From: Candidatus Acidiferrales bacterium | GTDB lineage: Bacteria > Acidobacteriota > Terriglobia > Terriglobales > Acidobacteriaceae | NCBI GenBank assembly: GCA_035553195.1 | Contig: DATNDP010000221.1 | Location: forward strand, 11,379-75,378 | Reading direction: 5' to 3' | DNA: 64,000 nucleotides | Shown: in pieces, positions 9,757 to 18,163 of the stretch | How the letters are laid out: each line of letters starts with the position of its first letter | Position numbering within the stretch: position 1 is the first letter of the stretch | The notes under the pieces: model-generated | What the model was told of the DNA's origin: nothing | Databases searched by the model: none | Seen by the model: only the letters and a program-made list of their open reading frames with translations | Position numbers and translations under genes: made by a program

Positions 9757-10527
9757 TTACTTCGTAGATGTGGATTTTTTCGCAGCGCCTTTCGTTGTTC
9801 CCGGCTTCTTGTGCGCGCCCGGTTTTGCCGCCGCGCCCGCTCCGCGGATATCGATGTGAGTAATCTTCACCGGATCGGCGGGACGGCTGTTGCTATTGGT
9901 GCAAGGGCCCATCGTGCAGGGCATGCGCGCGATCTTCTTCACTAGCTCCACTGATGGCTCGTCGCATTGGCCAAAGATGGTGTATCCGCTGTTAGGAGCA
10001 CGGCGGCCGCCCATGCATCCGTTGGGATCAAAGCAAGGATTCAGGAAGGGGAGTTCCGTCTCGGTAATGAAGAATTGCGAGCTGTTGGTGTTTGGGCCGG
10101 CGTTCGCCATCGCCAGCCGTCCTGGCTTATCGAAGAGAAGGTCAGGACGAAGCTCGTCTTCAAAGGTGAAACCGACGTTGCCCGTTCCGGTTCCCATGGG
10201 ATCGCCACCCTGAATCATGAAGTTGGGGATCGTCCGGTGGAAGATCACACCGTCATATAGAGGTTTGCCATGCATCATCTGGCCAGTCGCAGGATTTTTC
10301 CAGTCTTTCTTGCCGGTCGCCAGACCAATGAAGTTTTCAACTGTCTTGGGGGCTTCTTTGGGGAACAGCTCACATTTCAGATCGCCTGCTGTGGTGTGAA
10401 TAATAGCGGTTGGGATGGCTGCTGTTTTGGTGGGGGATGTTTTTGCGGTCGCGGTTTTCGTCTTCTTTGTGCCCTGGGCGAATACCATACTGCAACACAG
10501 CACCGCCAAAGCTATGCGATAGGCCAT
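9757..10527 (-). CDS. secreted cyclophilin-type peptidylprolyl isomerase with Cys-rich insert and Lys-rich tail
   Basis: The start is set at MAYRIALAVLCCSMVFAQG (signal peptide, GGAGAA Shine-Dalgarno upstream). Motifs FHRTIPNFMIQGGDP and LAMANAGPNTNSSQFFI are present. The 198 upstream codons in the track ORF are antisense to the ECF sigma gene. Confidence 0.85.
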   Translation of the reverse strand: MAYRIALAVLCCSMVFAQGTKKTKTATAKTSPTKTAAIPTAIIHTTAGDLKCELFPKEAPKTVENFIGLATGKKDWKNPATGQMMHGKPLYDGVIFHRTIPNFMIQGGDPMGTGTGNVGFTFEDELRPDLLFDKPGRLAMANAGPNTNSSQFFITETELPFLNPCFDPNGCMGGRRAPNSGYTIFGQCDEPSVELVKKIARMPCTMGPCTNSNSRPADPVKITHIDIRGAGAAAKPGAHKKPGTTKGAAKKSTSTK

Positions 10528-10701
10528 TCTTTTCTCCTCGAAGAAGCTTAACGACTTATTAAAACTGGAGTCGGCAAAGAAGTAAAGGCGCAACCCCATG
10601 GTTCTTCGCGGGCGCGCATTGCGCTCGAAATATTGGTAACCTTTTCCCCCTGTCTCAGTATTCATCTTCAGAAAGGGAAACAGCACAGCCCAGAGCAGCT
10701 C

Positions 10702-11304
10702 ATGACGAATGCAATGTCGGATGAGGAGTTGATGGCGCAGGTACGCGGCGGCGTGGGCGAAATGCTGGGTGCGCTTTTTGAAAGGTATCACGTGGCGCTC
10801 TTTAATTTCTTTTACAAGCTGACCGGCGAACGCAGCACTAGTGAAGACCTTGTGCAGGAGGTTTTCCTCAGGATTCTGAAATACCGGCACAGTTACCGCC
10901 CTGATACTGGATTCCGAGCGTGGATGTACCAGATCGCACGGAACGCTCGCGTGGACCTGTTGCGCCGCAGGCATCCGGAAGTGAGCTGGGAGCCGGAGAT
11001 GTCTGGAAGTTTTCAGCCCGATGACCTGGCGCAAGAAAATCAGCAAGCCGCATTGCTGCATGCTGCGCTTCTGCGGTTGCCGGAAGAGAAGCGCGAAGTG
11101 CTCGTTCTTAGCCGTTTTCAAGACCTCAAGTACGAACAGATTGCTGAAATTATTGGTTGCGAGTTATCCACCGTGAAAGTGAAGGTTCATCGCGCGCTGC
11201 AGGAACTGCGCGACATCTTCCAGAAGCTGGAAACAGGCAAGTTACCGTCGAAGACAGGGCTCAAGGGAGCAGGCATTCGACCAGGCTCCGGGAGTTTGCA
11301 ATGA
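10702..11304 (+). CDS. ECF-family RNA polymerase sigma factor
   Basis: Region 2 (LFERYHVALFNFFYKLTG...EDLVQEVFLRI) and region 4 (REVLVLSRFQDLKYEQIAEIIGCELSTVKVKVHRAL) are recognisable. The stop overlaps the next start (ATGA). Confidence 0.85.
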   Translation: MTNAMSDEELMAQVRGGVGEMLGALFERYHVALFNFFYKLTGERSTSEDLVQEVFLRILKYRHSYRPDTGFRAWMYQIARNARVDLLRRRHPEVSWEPEMSGSFQPDDLAQENQQAALLHAALLRLPEEKREVLVLSRFQDLKYEQIAEIIGCELSTVKVKVHRALQELRDIFQKLETGKLPSKTGLKGAGIRPGSGSLQ

Positions 11305-12107
11305 AGTGCGAAGAAGTAGCTCAACTCTTACCGGATTATCTGCAGGGCGGAGCCGCCGCCGAACAGGCCGCGGGCGTGCGAGAGCACATTGTGGAGTGCG
11401 CATCCTGCCAGGCCGACGCGGACATGTGGCAGAGGTTGGGAACCCTGCCCGACCAGCAGCCTGGAACCGCGCTCCGTTCACGCTTTGATGCCTTGCTGCA
11501 AAGTTACCAGGAAGGCCGTTGGGAAAAAGCGAATCTCGCAAAGGAGCATGGCAAGTTCCTCGATCTGCATGCGCTTGCCTATTGGATTCGCACGCCGGCC
11601 GTGAGTGTCGCCTGGGCTGCCGTGCTGGTTCTGTGCGGCTTTTTTGCCGGACGATATCTCGACCGAGACACCAATTCAGCGCAGCAGGTAGCGGCAATGC
11701 GGCAGGAACTCAAGACCACACAGCAGTTGATGGTGCTCTCGATGCTGCAACAGCAGTCAGCCAGTGAGCGGCTTCAGGGCGTGAGCTTCAGTATGCAGGA
11801 GCACAATGCCGACCCCAAGATTCTGGAAGCGCTCCTGCACACGCTCCGCTATGACAACAGCGTGGATGTGCGTCTGGCATCGCTGGATGTATTGAGCCAT
11901 TACGGCAATCGCCCCGATGTGCATAGCGGCCTCATTGATGCCTTGCAGGCACAGCAGTCCCCCATGGTACAGGTCGCGCTCATCGATGTCCTGGTGCAGT
12001 TGCATCGTCCGGACACGCTTGACCACTTCAAGCAACTTCAGCAGAGCCCCACACTTGATCCGACAGTACGGAAACGACTGGACTGGGGTATTCAGCAGCT
12101 TAGTTAG
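11301..12107 (+). CDS. anti-sigma factor (zf-HC2 N-terminus, one TM helix, HEAT-like C-terminal repeats)
   Basis: Translationally coupled to the sigma gene. It has the H-x3-C-x2-C motif (HIVECASCQ), a TM helix (VSVAWAAVLVLCGFFAG) and HEAT-like repeats (LRYDNSVDVRLASLDVLSHYG; QSPMVQVALIDVLVQL). Confidence 0.75.
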   Translation: MKCEEVAQLLPDYLQGGAAAEQAAGVREHIVECASCQADADMWQRLGTLPDQQPGTALRSRFDALLQSYQEGRWEKANLAKEHGKFLDLHALAYWIRTPAVSVAWAAVLVLCGFFAGRYLDRDTNSAQQVAAMRQELKTTQQLMVLSMLQQQSASERLQGVSFSMQEHNADPKILEALLHTLRYDNSVDVRLASLDVLSHYGNRPDVHSGLIDALQAQQSPMVQVALIDVLVQLHRPDTLDHFKQLQQSPTLDPTVRKRLDWGIQQLS

Positions 12108-12154
12108 AGATTTACTCCAACTCGGAGAAGAAGGGAATGACGGAAAGGAGAACT

Positions 12155-13069
12155 ATGTTTAAAGTCAAGGTGCTGTTGCTCATCGCGATCACGCTTGGGC
12201 TAGGCCTGCTGGTATGGCGTGCCAATGCCGAACCTCCGCGCGCCAATGCTTCTGTCCAGAGTGACGATGACGACTCCGGAATGATGCTTCGCGACCAGGA
12301 AACCATCCGCAAGACGTTTTCCCTGACTGCGCCGCACAAGATTCTCGAGGTTGACAACGTATTCGGCTCTATTGAGGTGATCGGAGGCCAGAGTGACCAG
12401 GTGCAGCTCGTAGTAAATAAAACCATCCGCGCCGAATCGAAAGAGCGGATGGAGGCAGCGAAGAAGGAGGTCAAGCTCGACATTACCGAACAGCCCGATC
12501 TGCTCAAGCTCTATGTGGATGGGCCGTTTCGCTGCCATTGCGATGACGGATGCGACGGCTGGCATGGTGACCGTGGCTACAGCGTCAGGATGGACTTCAC
12601 ATTGCAAGTGCCGCGTAATGTCGAACTGAAGCTGAAAACCGTGAATAGCGGCCACGTGAACGTGAAGAATGTGAACGGGAATTTTTCTGTCCATAACGTG
12701 AACGGCAGCATTGAAATGCTGGACGTCGCCGGCTCAGGACAGGCACGGACAGTCAACGGGCCGGTGAAAGTCACCTTTACAGAAAACCCCCGGGAAAAAT
12801 CAGATTTCGGCACCATCAACGGCAATGTCGAACTCACGTTCGTGCGCGGGCTTGCCGCTGACTTTCGCTTTAAAACCATGAATGGCGGCATCTATAGCGA
12901 TTTTGAGATGACCTCGCTGCCCACTCGGCCCGTCGCAAGCGAACAGCGCAACGGTCACTTCGTTTATCGTTCCGACCGGTTTACCGGGGGAAGGGTGGGG
13001 GCAGGTGGTCCGGAAATCAAGGTAGAAAATCTTAACGGAGACATTCGCGTCCTTGAACGCCATGAATAA
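12155..13069 (+). CDS. secreted beta-helix repeat protein (DUF4097 / putative-adhesin-like)
   Basis: Signal peptide, then recurring xNGxI/V strands (VNGSIEM, VNGPVKV, INGNVEL, MNGGIYS, LNGDIRV). ATG 12155 follows an AAAGGAG Shine-Dalgarno; ATG 12137 is an alternative start. Confidence 0.7.
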   Translation: MFKVKVLLLIAITLGLGLLVWRANAEPPRANASVQSDDDDSGMMLRDQETIRKTFSLTAPHKILEVDNVFGSIEVIGGQSDQVQLVVNKTIRAESKERMEAAKKEVKLDITEQPDLLKLYVDGPFRCHCDDGCDGWHGDRGYSVRMDFTLQVPRNVELKLKTVNSGHVNVKNVNGNFSVHNVNGSIEMLDVAGSGQARTVNGPVKVTFTENPREKSDFGTINGNVELTFVRGLAADFRFKTMNGGIYSDFEMTSLPTRPVASEQRNGHFVYRSDRFTGGRVGAGGPEIKVENLNGDIRVLERHE

Positions 13070-13919
13070 TTTTATGAATCAGCAGAAATTTTCTTGTCAA
13101 TTCATCTTGTCATTGATTGCTGTTTGTTTGCTCGCCGGGCCGGTATTGCGGGCTCAGAGCCCTGACCGCGTGCGCGTCCCCCTTACCGATCCCACGCGTC
13201 CTGCAACTGTACGCGCCCACCTGCTGAACGGCAGTATTAACGTGATCGGGGCCAACGTGAGGGAAGTCACGATCGAGGCGCGACTCCGGGAAGGCGGCGG
13301 CAGAACGGAAGGCCGCGCAGAAGGCGGCATGCACCGCATACCAACAAGCTCGACCGGTCTCTCCGTGGATGCAGACAATAACCAGGTGCGCATTACTACG
13401 GACCAGATCAATCGGACCGTGGATCTCACGATCACCGTTCCCGTTCGTACATCGCTCAGCCTCAAGAGCGTGAATGACGGAAGTATCACTGTAAACGGTG
13501 TTGACGGCGAACTGGACGTGGATAACGTCAATGGGCCGGTTACGCTCAAGAATATTTCCGGCAGCGTGGTGGCGCATGCTTTGAATGACAAGGTATTGGT
13601 TACGTTTCTGCGCGTAGATCCGCAGAAGCCAATGGCATTCAGCTCCTTGAACGGCGATATTGACGTTACCTTTCCGCCTGATCTGAAAGCCAATGTCAGC
13701 ATGCGCACCGACAATGGCGAAGTCTTCAGCGACTTCGACGTGCAATTGCAGGCCACCGCTCCTCGGCAAACAGTCGAAGACAACCGCGCTGAAGGAGGGA
13801 AATATCGCGTGCGGGTGGACAAAACCGCTCGCGGTACCATCAACGGCGGCGGCCCGGAGATTCAGTTCAAGGATTTCAACGGGAACATCTACATCAGGAA
13901 GGCGGCGGCGAAGCAGTGA
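13053..13919 (+). CDS. secreted beta-helix repeat protein (DUF4097-like), paralog of the preceding gene
   Basis: Has the same xNGxI repeat pattern (LNGSINV, VNDGSITV, VNGPVTL, LNGDIDV, DNGEVFS, INGGGPEI, FNGNIYI). It overlaps the upstream gene by 17 nt. Confidence 0.7.
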   Translation: MNAMNNFMNQQKFSCQFILSLIAVCLLAGPVLRAQSPDRVRVPLTDPTRPATVRAHLLNGSINVIGANVREVTIEARLREGGGRTEGRAEGGMHRIPTSSTGLSVDADNNQVRITTDQINRTVDLTITVPVRTSLSLKSVNDGSITVNGVDGELDVDNVNGPVTLKNISGSVVAHALNDKVLVTFLRVDPQKPMAFSSLNGDIDVTFPPDLKANVSMRTDNGEVFSDFDVQLQATAPRQTVEDNRAEGGKYRVRVDKTARGTINGGGPEIQFKDFNGNIYIRKAAAKQ

Positions 13920-14191
13920 AATCGGTGGTTTCGGTGCCGGAAAGGACTGCTAAGTAAGTAAAGCCGGAGCCGGGATCTTGAATGTACAACAAACCTTACA
14001 GCTTACAGTGAGTACGGGACAGGCGGTAGAATGGCGACCGTATGTTCGGCCTGACAGAGTACCTGTTCAAATTCATGTTGTTATGTTGTCTCTGGTTCTG
14101 TGATTTAATGGGCTGGAAAAGAGCTCAGAAGTGGTTCGCCAGTATTGTGAAAGAACCCGACATGAAGCCTGAACAGCACGTGCTTTAACAT

Positions 14192-15670
14192 CTACCGCCT
14201 TGCTGCGCTCGCAATCGCGTCGATCACAGCCGAGTCGGCACTATAAGTTTTCAGCTCATCCCGGTAATCAGGAGTAAGGCTGAAGTCCACACCGCGTTCC
14301 CGAACCAACTCAATCAGCCGAGCATCGCTCACATTGTTGGCCAGCTTCAGACAGATTTCGTCGAACGAGAGAGGGTCATCTTCAACCCGTTCTGCCTGTA
14401 AACGCTTCGCGGTTGCTTCCACTTCGCGCATAACGCGCAGGAGATTACCGCCCAGGATTTTGTGAATCTGTTCTCGCTTGTAGCCGCGCTGAAAGAGCGC
14501 CTCGGTGATCTTGGGCAGATCGGCGACAGAATCGAGTCCCTGCGGAGACGAAGTGATGCCGTCAAAATCTGATCCCAGTCCGACGTGATCAATTCCCGCC
14601 ACTTGCGCAACGTGGTCAATGTGATCGATCAGCGACTTGAGAGACGGGCGTGCGAACTGAGCTGCCCACTTTTTCTCGATCGGCGCCGTCTCCTGGTATG
14701 TCACCGGGCTGCCGTCCGCGTGCGCATGAGCCTTCCTGTAGGCATCAAGTTCGGCATCGCGCTGCTTTGTTTTTGCGGGATCGGATGACGCTTTGCGGTA
14801 GTTTTCATCCACAAAGGCAGAGTAAAAGTTCACCATCACAACTCCACCGTTACGCGCGACGGCGCGGAGCATGTCATCTGTCATGTTTCGTGGAGCGTTG
14901 GTCAGCGCTCGCGACGAGGAATGCGATGCAATGATCGGGGCCTGGCTGACCAGCAGTGCCTGATAAAAAGTCGCATCAGAAACGTGCGAAACGTCCACCA
15001 TCATGCCCAGCCGATTCATCTCTCGCACCACATCCCGGCCGAAATCGGTCATGCCGTTATGGTGTTTTACATTGGGATCTTGAATGTCACCGGAAGAGTC
15101 GGCCCAGTCATTTGTGTTCGACCAGGTCAGCGTCAGATAGCGCACGCCGATGCGATAGAAATCACGCAACAGGCGAATGTCATTTTCAATGGCGTGGCCG
15201 CCCTCGACCCCCATCAGCGCCGCGAATTTGTGTTGCTCATGAATGCGGACAATATCGTCAGACGTGAAAGCCATTTCCATTTTGTCCGGATGGCGCGCCG
15301 CCTGCTCATAGACGCTGTCAATCAAGTCCATGGCACGGACTGCATAACGGCCTTTGAAGCTGGGTTCGACCCATATGGAGAAAAATTCCGCGCCCAGATT
15401 GCCTTTCCTTATTTTGTCGAGGTCAACCTGCCCTTCGGTGACGGGAGTAATTTCGCCCAGATCGAAATTTTCATCGAGAAAGCGCTGGGGGGTGTCCGCA
15501 TGCGTATCAATAATCAATGCCGACTGGTGAATGCTTTGGGCGGTTTCCGGCGCGGGCGCTTTACGGGTATGCGGGCGCTTTTGCGGCGCTTGATGCCGGG
15601 TCTGCCTCGATTGGGCCAACGCTACGATACAGAAAAGAGTAATCCAAACAAGAAGGAAATATGGCTTCAT
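14192..15670 (-). CDS. membrane dipeptidase (peptidase M19) with C-terminal extension
   Basis: M19 motifs IIDTHADTP, EGGHAIEND, DVSHVSD and HVGLGSDFDG are present, with a signal peptide at the N-terminus. Confidence 0.9.
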   Translation of the reverse strand: MKPYFLLVWITLFCIVALAQSRQTRHQAPQKRPHTRKAPAPETAQSIHQSALIIDTHADTPQRFLDENFDLGEITPVTEGQVDLDKIRKGNLGAEFFSIWVEPSFKGRYAVRAMDLIDSVYEQAARHPDKMEMAFTSDDIVRIHEQHKFAALMGVEGGHAIENDIRLLRDFYRIGVRYLTLTWSNTNDWADSSGDIQDPNVKHHNGMTDFGRDVVREMNRLGMMVDVSHVSDATFYQALLVSQAPIIASHSSSRALTNAPRNMTDDMLRAVARNGGVVMVNFYSAFVDENYRKASSDPAKTKQRDAELDAYRKAHAHADGSPVTYQETAPIEKKWAAQFARPSLKSLIDHIDHVAQVAGIDHVGLGSDFDGITSSPQGLDSVADLPKITEALFQRGYKREQIHKILGGNLLRVMREVEATAKRLQAERVEDDPLSFDEICLKLANNVSDARLIELVRERGVDFSLTPDYRDELKTYSADSAVIDAIASAARR

Positions 15671-16371
15671 TCACCGGCGATTTTATCAGCCATCTTGTTT
15701 GCTTCCCGCCATTCGGTGTACCGGTCCGAGATCATCACATGGAAGCAGGCCTGGCGGCGCTCTTCCGCGGCTTCAATCAGGTTCTCATCGCGCAGGTTCT
15801 TAAGATAATCCACAACCCACTGATGCTGTTTGCGAGTGAGGCCGCGTTTTGCCAGGTCAACCGTGATACCCGCGAGGTGTGAAGATCCGCTTTCGCCCGT
15901 CTCCGGCGCGGCGTTGCCGTTGCTGCGGCGCAGTTTGTGCTGCTGCTCAATGGTGCGCACGGCTGAATTCACCTGCAACGGTTGGTGGAATTCCTTGTAA
16001 TACTCCTGGCTCATATCGTTAAGGAACTGAATGACCCACGGGCGGGCATAACGCTTGTCAGGCTTGATGGATGCGCTCACGTGGAGCGCACGCGTTTCCT
16101 CGATTGGAACCAGCTCCTGGGTGCGCTCGAGTTCCAGCAACTGCTGATCGTCGGCGATGCGAGGGAGCTGCAGGCGGTCGATTTCTTCATTCTGCCTGAG
16201 CTGTGAATCGTAGGAGCCCTTCAGGACAGGATTCCACACCACGTGGCGCATATGCGCACGGTGATGGCGATAACGCGAAACATGGTGCACGGCATTCGCC
16301 GGCAGCGCTGCTGCGGCCGTAGCGAGCAGCAGAATCGACGAAGTAATCAGTCCTGTAGTTTTGGCGCCCAT
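15667..16371 (-). CDS. secreted LAS-type zinc peptidase (M15/VanY-like, DUF5715-like)
   Basis: Contains an SSHLAGITVDL (SxHxxGxAxD-type) motif plus a distal CFHV His. Its stop overlaps the dipeptidase start (ATGA). The start is set at MGAKTTGLITSSILLLATAAA; the track ORF starts 11 codons earlier. Confidence 0.6.
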   Translation of the reverse strand: MGAKTTGLITSSILLLATAAAALPANAVHHVSRYRHHRAHMRHVVWNPVLKGSYDSQLRQNEEIDRLQLPRIADDQQLLELERTQELVPIEETRALHVSASIKPDKRYARPWVIQFLNDMSQEYYKEFHQPLQVNSAVRTIEQQHKLRRSNGNAAPETGESGSSHLAGITVDLAKRGLTRKQHQWVVDYLKNLRDENLIEAAEERRQACFHVMISDRYTEWREANKMADKIAGE

Positions 16372-16596
16372 CGGGTTTCTGTTTCCTGTCTCTAATTCCA
16401 GCAACTACTTTGCTGCAATAACGTTGGATGACAGATTCTAAACCAGCGCTGCCGCACTCACCCTCAGAGTTTCGCCTGAAATCGCGAAAAACGCTACGCC
16501 AAAAGTTGTCAATTGAGATGAACTTTGGTAACAAATCCTCGCGCAGTGACATTTTTTGTCAGTTCAGCGGACGATTGTCCGCCAAAAGGTGTAATT

Positions 16597-16803
16597 TTAG
16601 CGATCCGCTTTCATCCCAAAGTAAATTAGGCCGCCCACTGCGCCGACCGCGAGTCCCAGAAATCCCAGCCATGAGGCGGACGCGGGTTGAATGCCAAGCT
16701 CTTTGTGGCTGAGAAAAAAGAGATAAAATGCCCCCCACGCTGCCAGCCCAAGGGTAATGCCTGCTCCCAGGCTCCTCAGCCAAATTGATCTATTTTTGGC
16801 CAC
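16597..16803 (-). CDS. possible small two-TM membrane protein
   Basis: Two hydrophobic helices (LGAGITLGLAAWGAFYLFF; WLGFLGLAVGAVGGLIYF). The start is uncertain (GTG 16803 chosen), there is no clear Shine-Dalgarno, and the longer track ORF would run into the neighbouring promoter region. Confidence 0.3.
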   Translation of the reverse strand: MAKNRSIWLRSLGAGITLGLAAWGAFYLFFLSHKELGIQPASASWLGFLGLAVGAVGGLIYFGMKADR

Positions 16804-16877
16804 GATACACGTCCGGCAGGAGGAAGTTTTTGTTTGCCGGAGGCAAATCTTATAGCAGAATAAGCACACTTACCAAC

Positions 16878-17531
16878 ATGGAATCCGCAGCTGCACGAAG
16901 ACCGCTGAAAACTCGCCAGCGGGCGTGGGCACAGCTCATCGCCCGAATGCTGGTAAAGACCCGCATTTCACCGAATGTCATCTCCATCATGAGCGTTGTT
17001 TTTGCCGGCTGTGCCGGGGCGGCAATCCTTTTCTCGCCACGAATGGCCGGCTTCGCGCGCCACCTGTTGCTGCTGGTTGCCGCGGCCTTTATCCAGTTGC
17101 GGCTGCTGGCAAACATGCTCGATGGCATGGTCGCGGTTGAAGGAGGGTTGCAGACGAAATCCGGAGAGATCTTCAACGACCTGCCGGACCGTATTTCGGA
17201 TGCGCTCATTTTGGTACCGGCCGGATACGCCGTGGCGTCGCTCTGGTACGGTCCTGAGCTCGGTTGGAGCGCAGCGTTGCTGGCCATCTTCACCGCTTAT
17301 GTGCGCATGCTCGGCGGAGCATCGGGATTGCAGCAAAGCTTTGTCGGGCCCATGGCCAAGCCGCATCGGATGGCGACTCTGACAATTGCTTGCGTTCTGT
17401 CTCTCTTTGAAGGCGCTTTTTTGCGCTTTGGAATGGTTCTGTGGGTCGCTCTCATCCTCATCAACGTCGGATGCGTTGTGACCATCTGGCGCAGGACGGC
17501 CCGGATTGTTCGAGGTCTTGAGTCGCGTTGA
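16878..17531 (+). CDS. CDP-alcohol phosphatidyltransferase family protein (YnbA-like)
   Basis: The family motif D-G-x2-A-x8-G-x3-D-x3-D is seen as NMLDGMVAVEGGLQTKSGEIFNDLPDRISD. The protein is polytopic. Confidence 0.8.
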   Translation: MESAAARRPLKTRQRAWAQLIARMLVKTRISPNVISIMSVVFAGCAGAAILFSPRMAGFARHLLLLVAAAFIQLRLLANMLDGMVAVEGGLQTKSGEIFNDLPDRISDALILVPAGYAVASLWYGPELGWSAALLAIFTAYVRMLGGASGLQQSFVGPMAKPHRMATLTIACVLSLFEGAFLRFGMVLWVALILINVGCVVTIWRRTARIVRGLESR

Positions 17532-18163
17532 TCCGTGCCGGCGCGAACCTGATCGCAGCCTCTATGCGCGCTTTAACTGGCGTGACTGTGCGCTGGACGG
17601 ACGAGCAGCCCGATATGCGGCAGACCGTTTATTTCGCAAATCACACCAGTCATCTAGATTTTGTCGTGCTCTGGTCAGTGCTGCCGCCTCCAGTGCGGGC
17701 GTTGACGCGTCCTGTGGCTGCCAAAGATTACTGGCAGTCAGGCTTGCGCAAGTATTTGGCGGTGAACGTTTTCCGTGCCGTGCTGGTGGAGCGGGCCGGG
17801 CAAACGCAAGTGCCAGGTGCGGACAAGCTGCGCACCGCAGAGCATTCGCTGGAACTCCTGCTTGAAGCGCTTGGGGGGCAGAACTCGCTGATCATTTTTC
17901 CCGAAGGCACACGCGGTACAGGACAAGAAGTGGCTCCCTTCAAGAGTGGACTGTACTATCTCTGGCGCAAGCGGCCGGATCTGCGCCTTGTTCCGGTCTA
18001 TCTCTCCAACCTGAATCGCATTCTACCCAAGGGCGAGATCTTGCCGGTCCCGGTAATCAGCCGGGCCAACTTTGGCGCGCCGCTTCAAACACGGCCCGAT
18101 GACTCGAAGCAGATCTTTCTGGAGAAAGCGCAGGCGGCCCTCTGCGCGTTGAGGCAGGCATGA
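17528..18163 (+). CDS. lysophospholipid (1-acyl-sn-glycerol-3-phosphate-type) acyltransferase
   Basis: Contains the HX4D motif (NHTSHLD) and an FPEGTRG motif. A TTG start overlaps the upstream stop; the exact start is uncertain. Confidence 0.8.
   Translation: MIRAGANLIAASMRALTGVTVRWTDEQPDMRQTVYFANHTSHLDFVVLWSVLPPPVRALTRPVAAKDYWQSGLRKYLAVNVFRAVLVERAGQTQVPGADKLRTAEHSLELLLEALGGQNSLIIFPEGTRGTGQEVAPFKSGLYYLWRKRPDLRLVPVYLSNLNRILPKGEILPVPVISRANFGAPLQTRPDDSKQIFLEKAQAALCALRQA

Noticed and set aside
10635-10660. ECF-type -35-like element GGTAACCTTTT upstream of the ECF sigma gene (possible autoregulated promoter).
   Set aside because: No CGTC/GTC-type -10 element occurs at the canonical 16-17-nt spacing (the GTC is only 11 nt after AAC). 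It is too weak to call.
10528-11121. 5' extension of the secreted cyclophilin ORF (the track gives 9757-11121, 454 aa).
   Set aside because: The extension runs antisense through the ECF sigma gene. A Shine-Dalgarno plus a signal peptide occur at ATG 10527.
16187-16712. Track ORFs 16187-16552 (-), 16428-16712 (+) and 16559-16783 (-) in the promoter gap upstream of the M15-like gene.
   Set aside because: They are mutually overlapping, Arg/Ser-rich and lack start-site context. Only the two-TM frame at 16597-16803 has protein-like character, and it is kept at low confidence.
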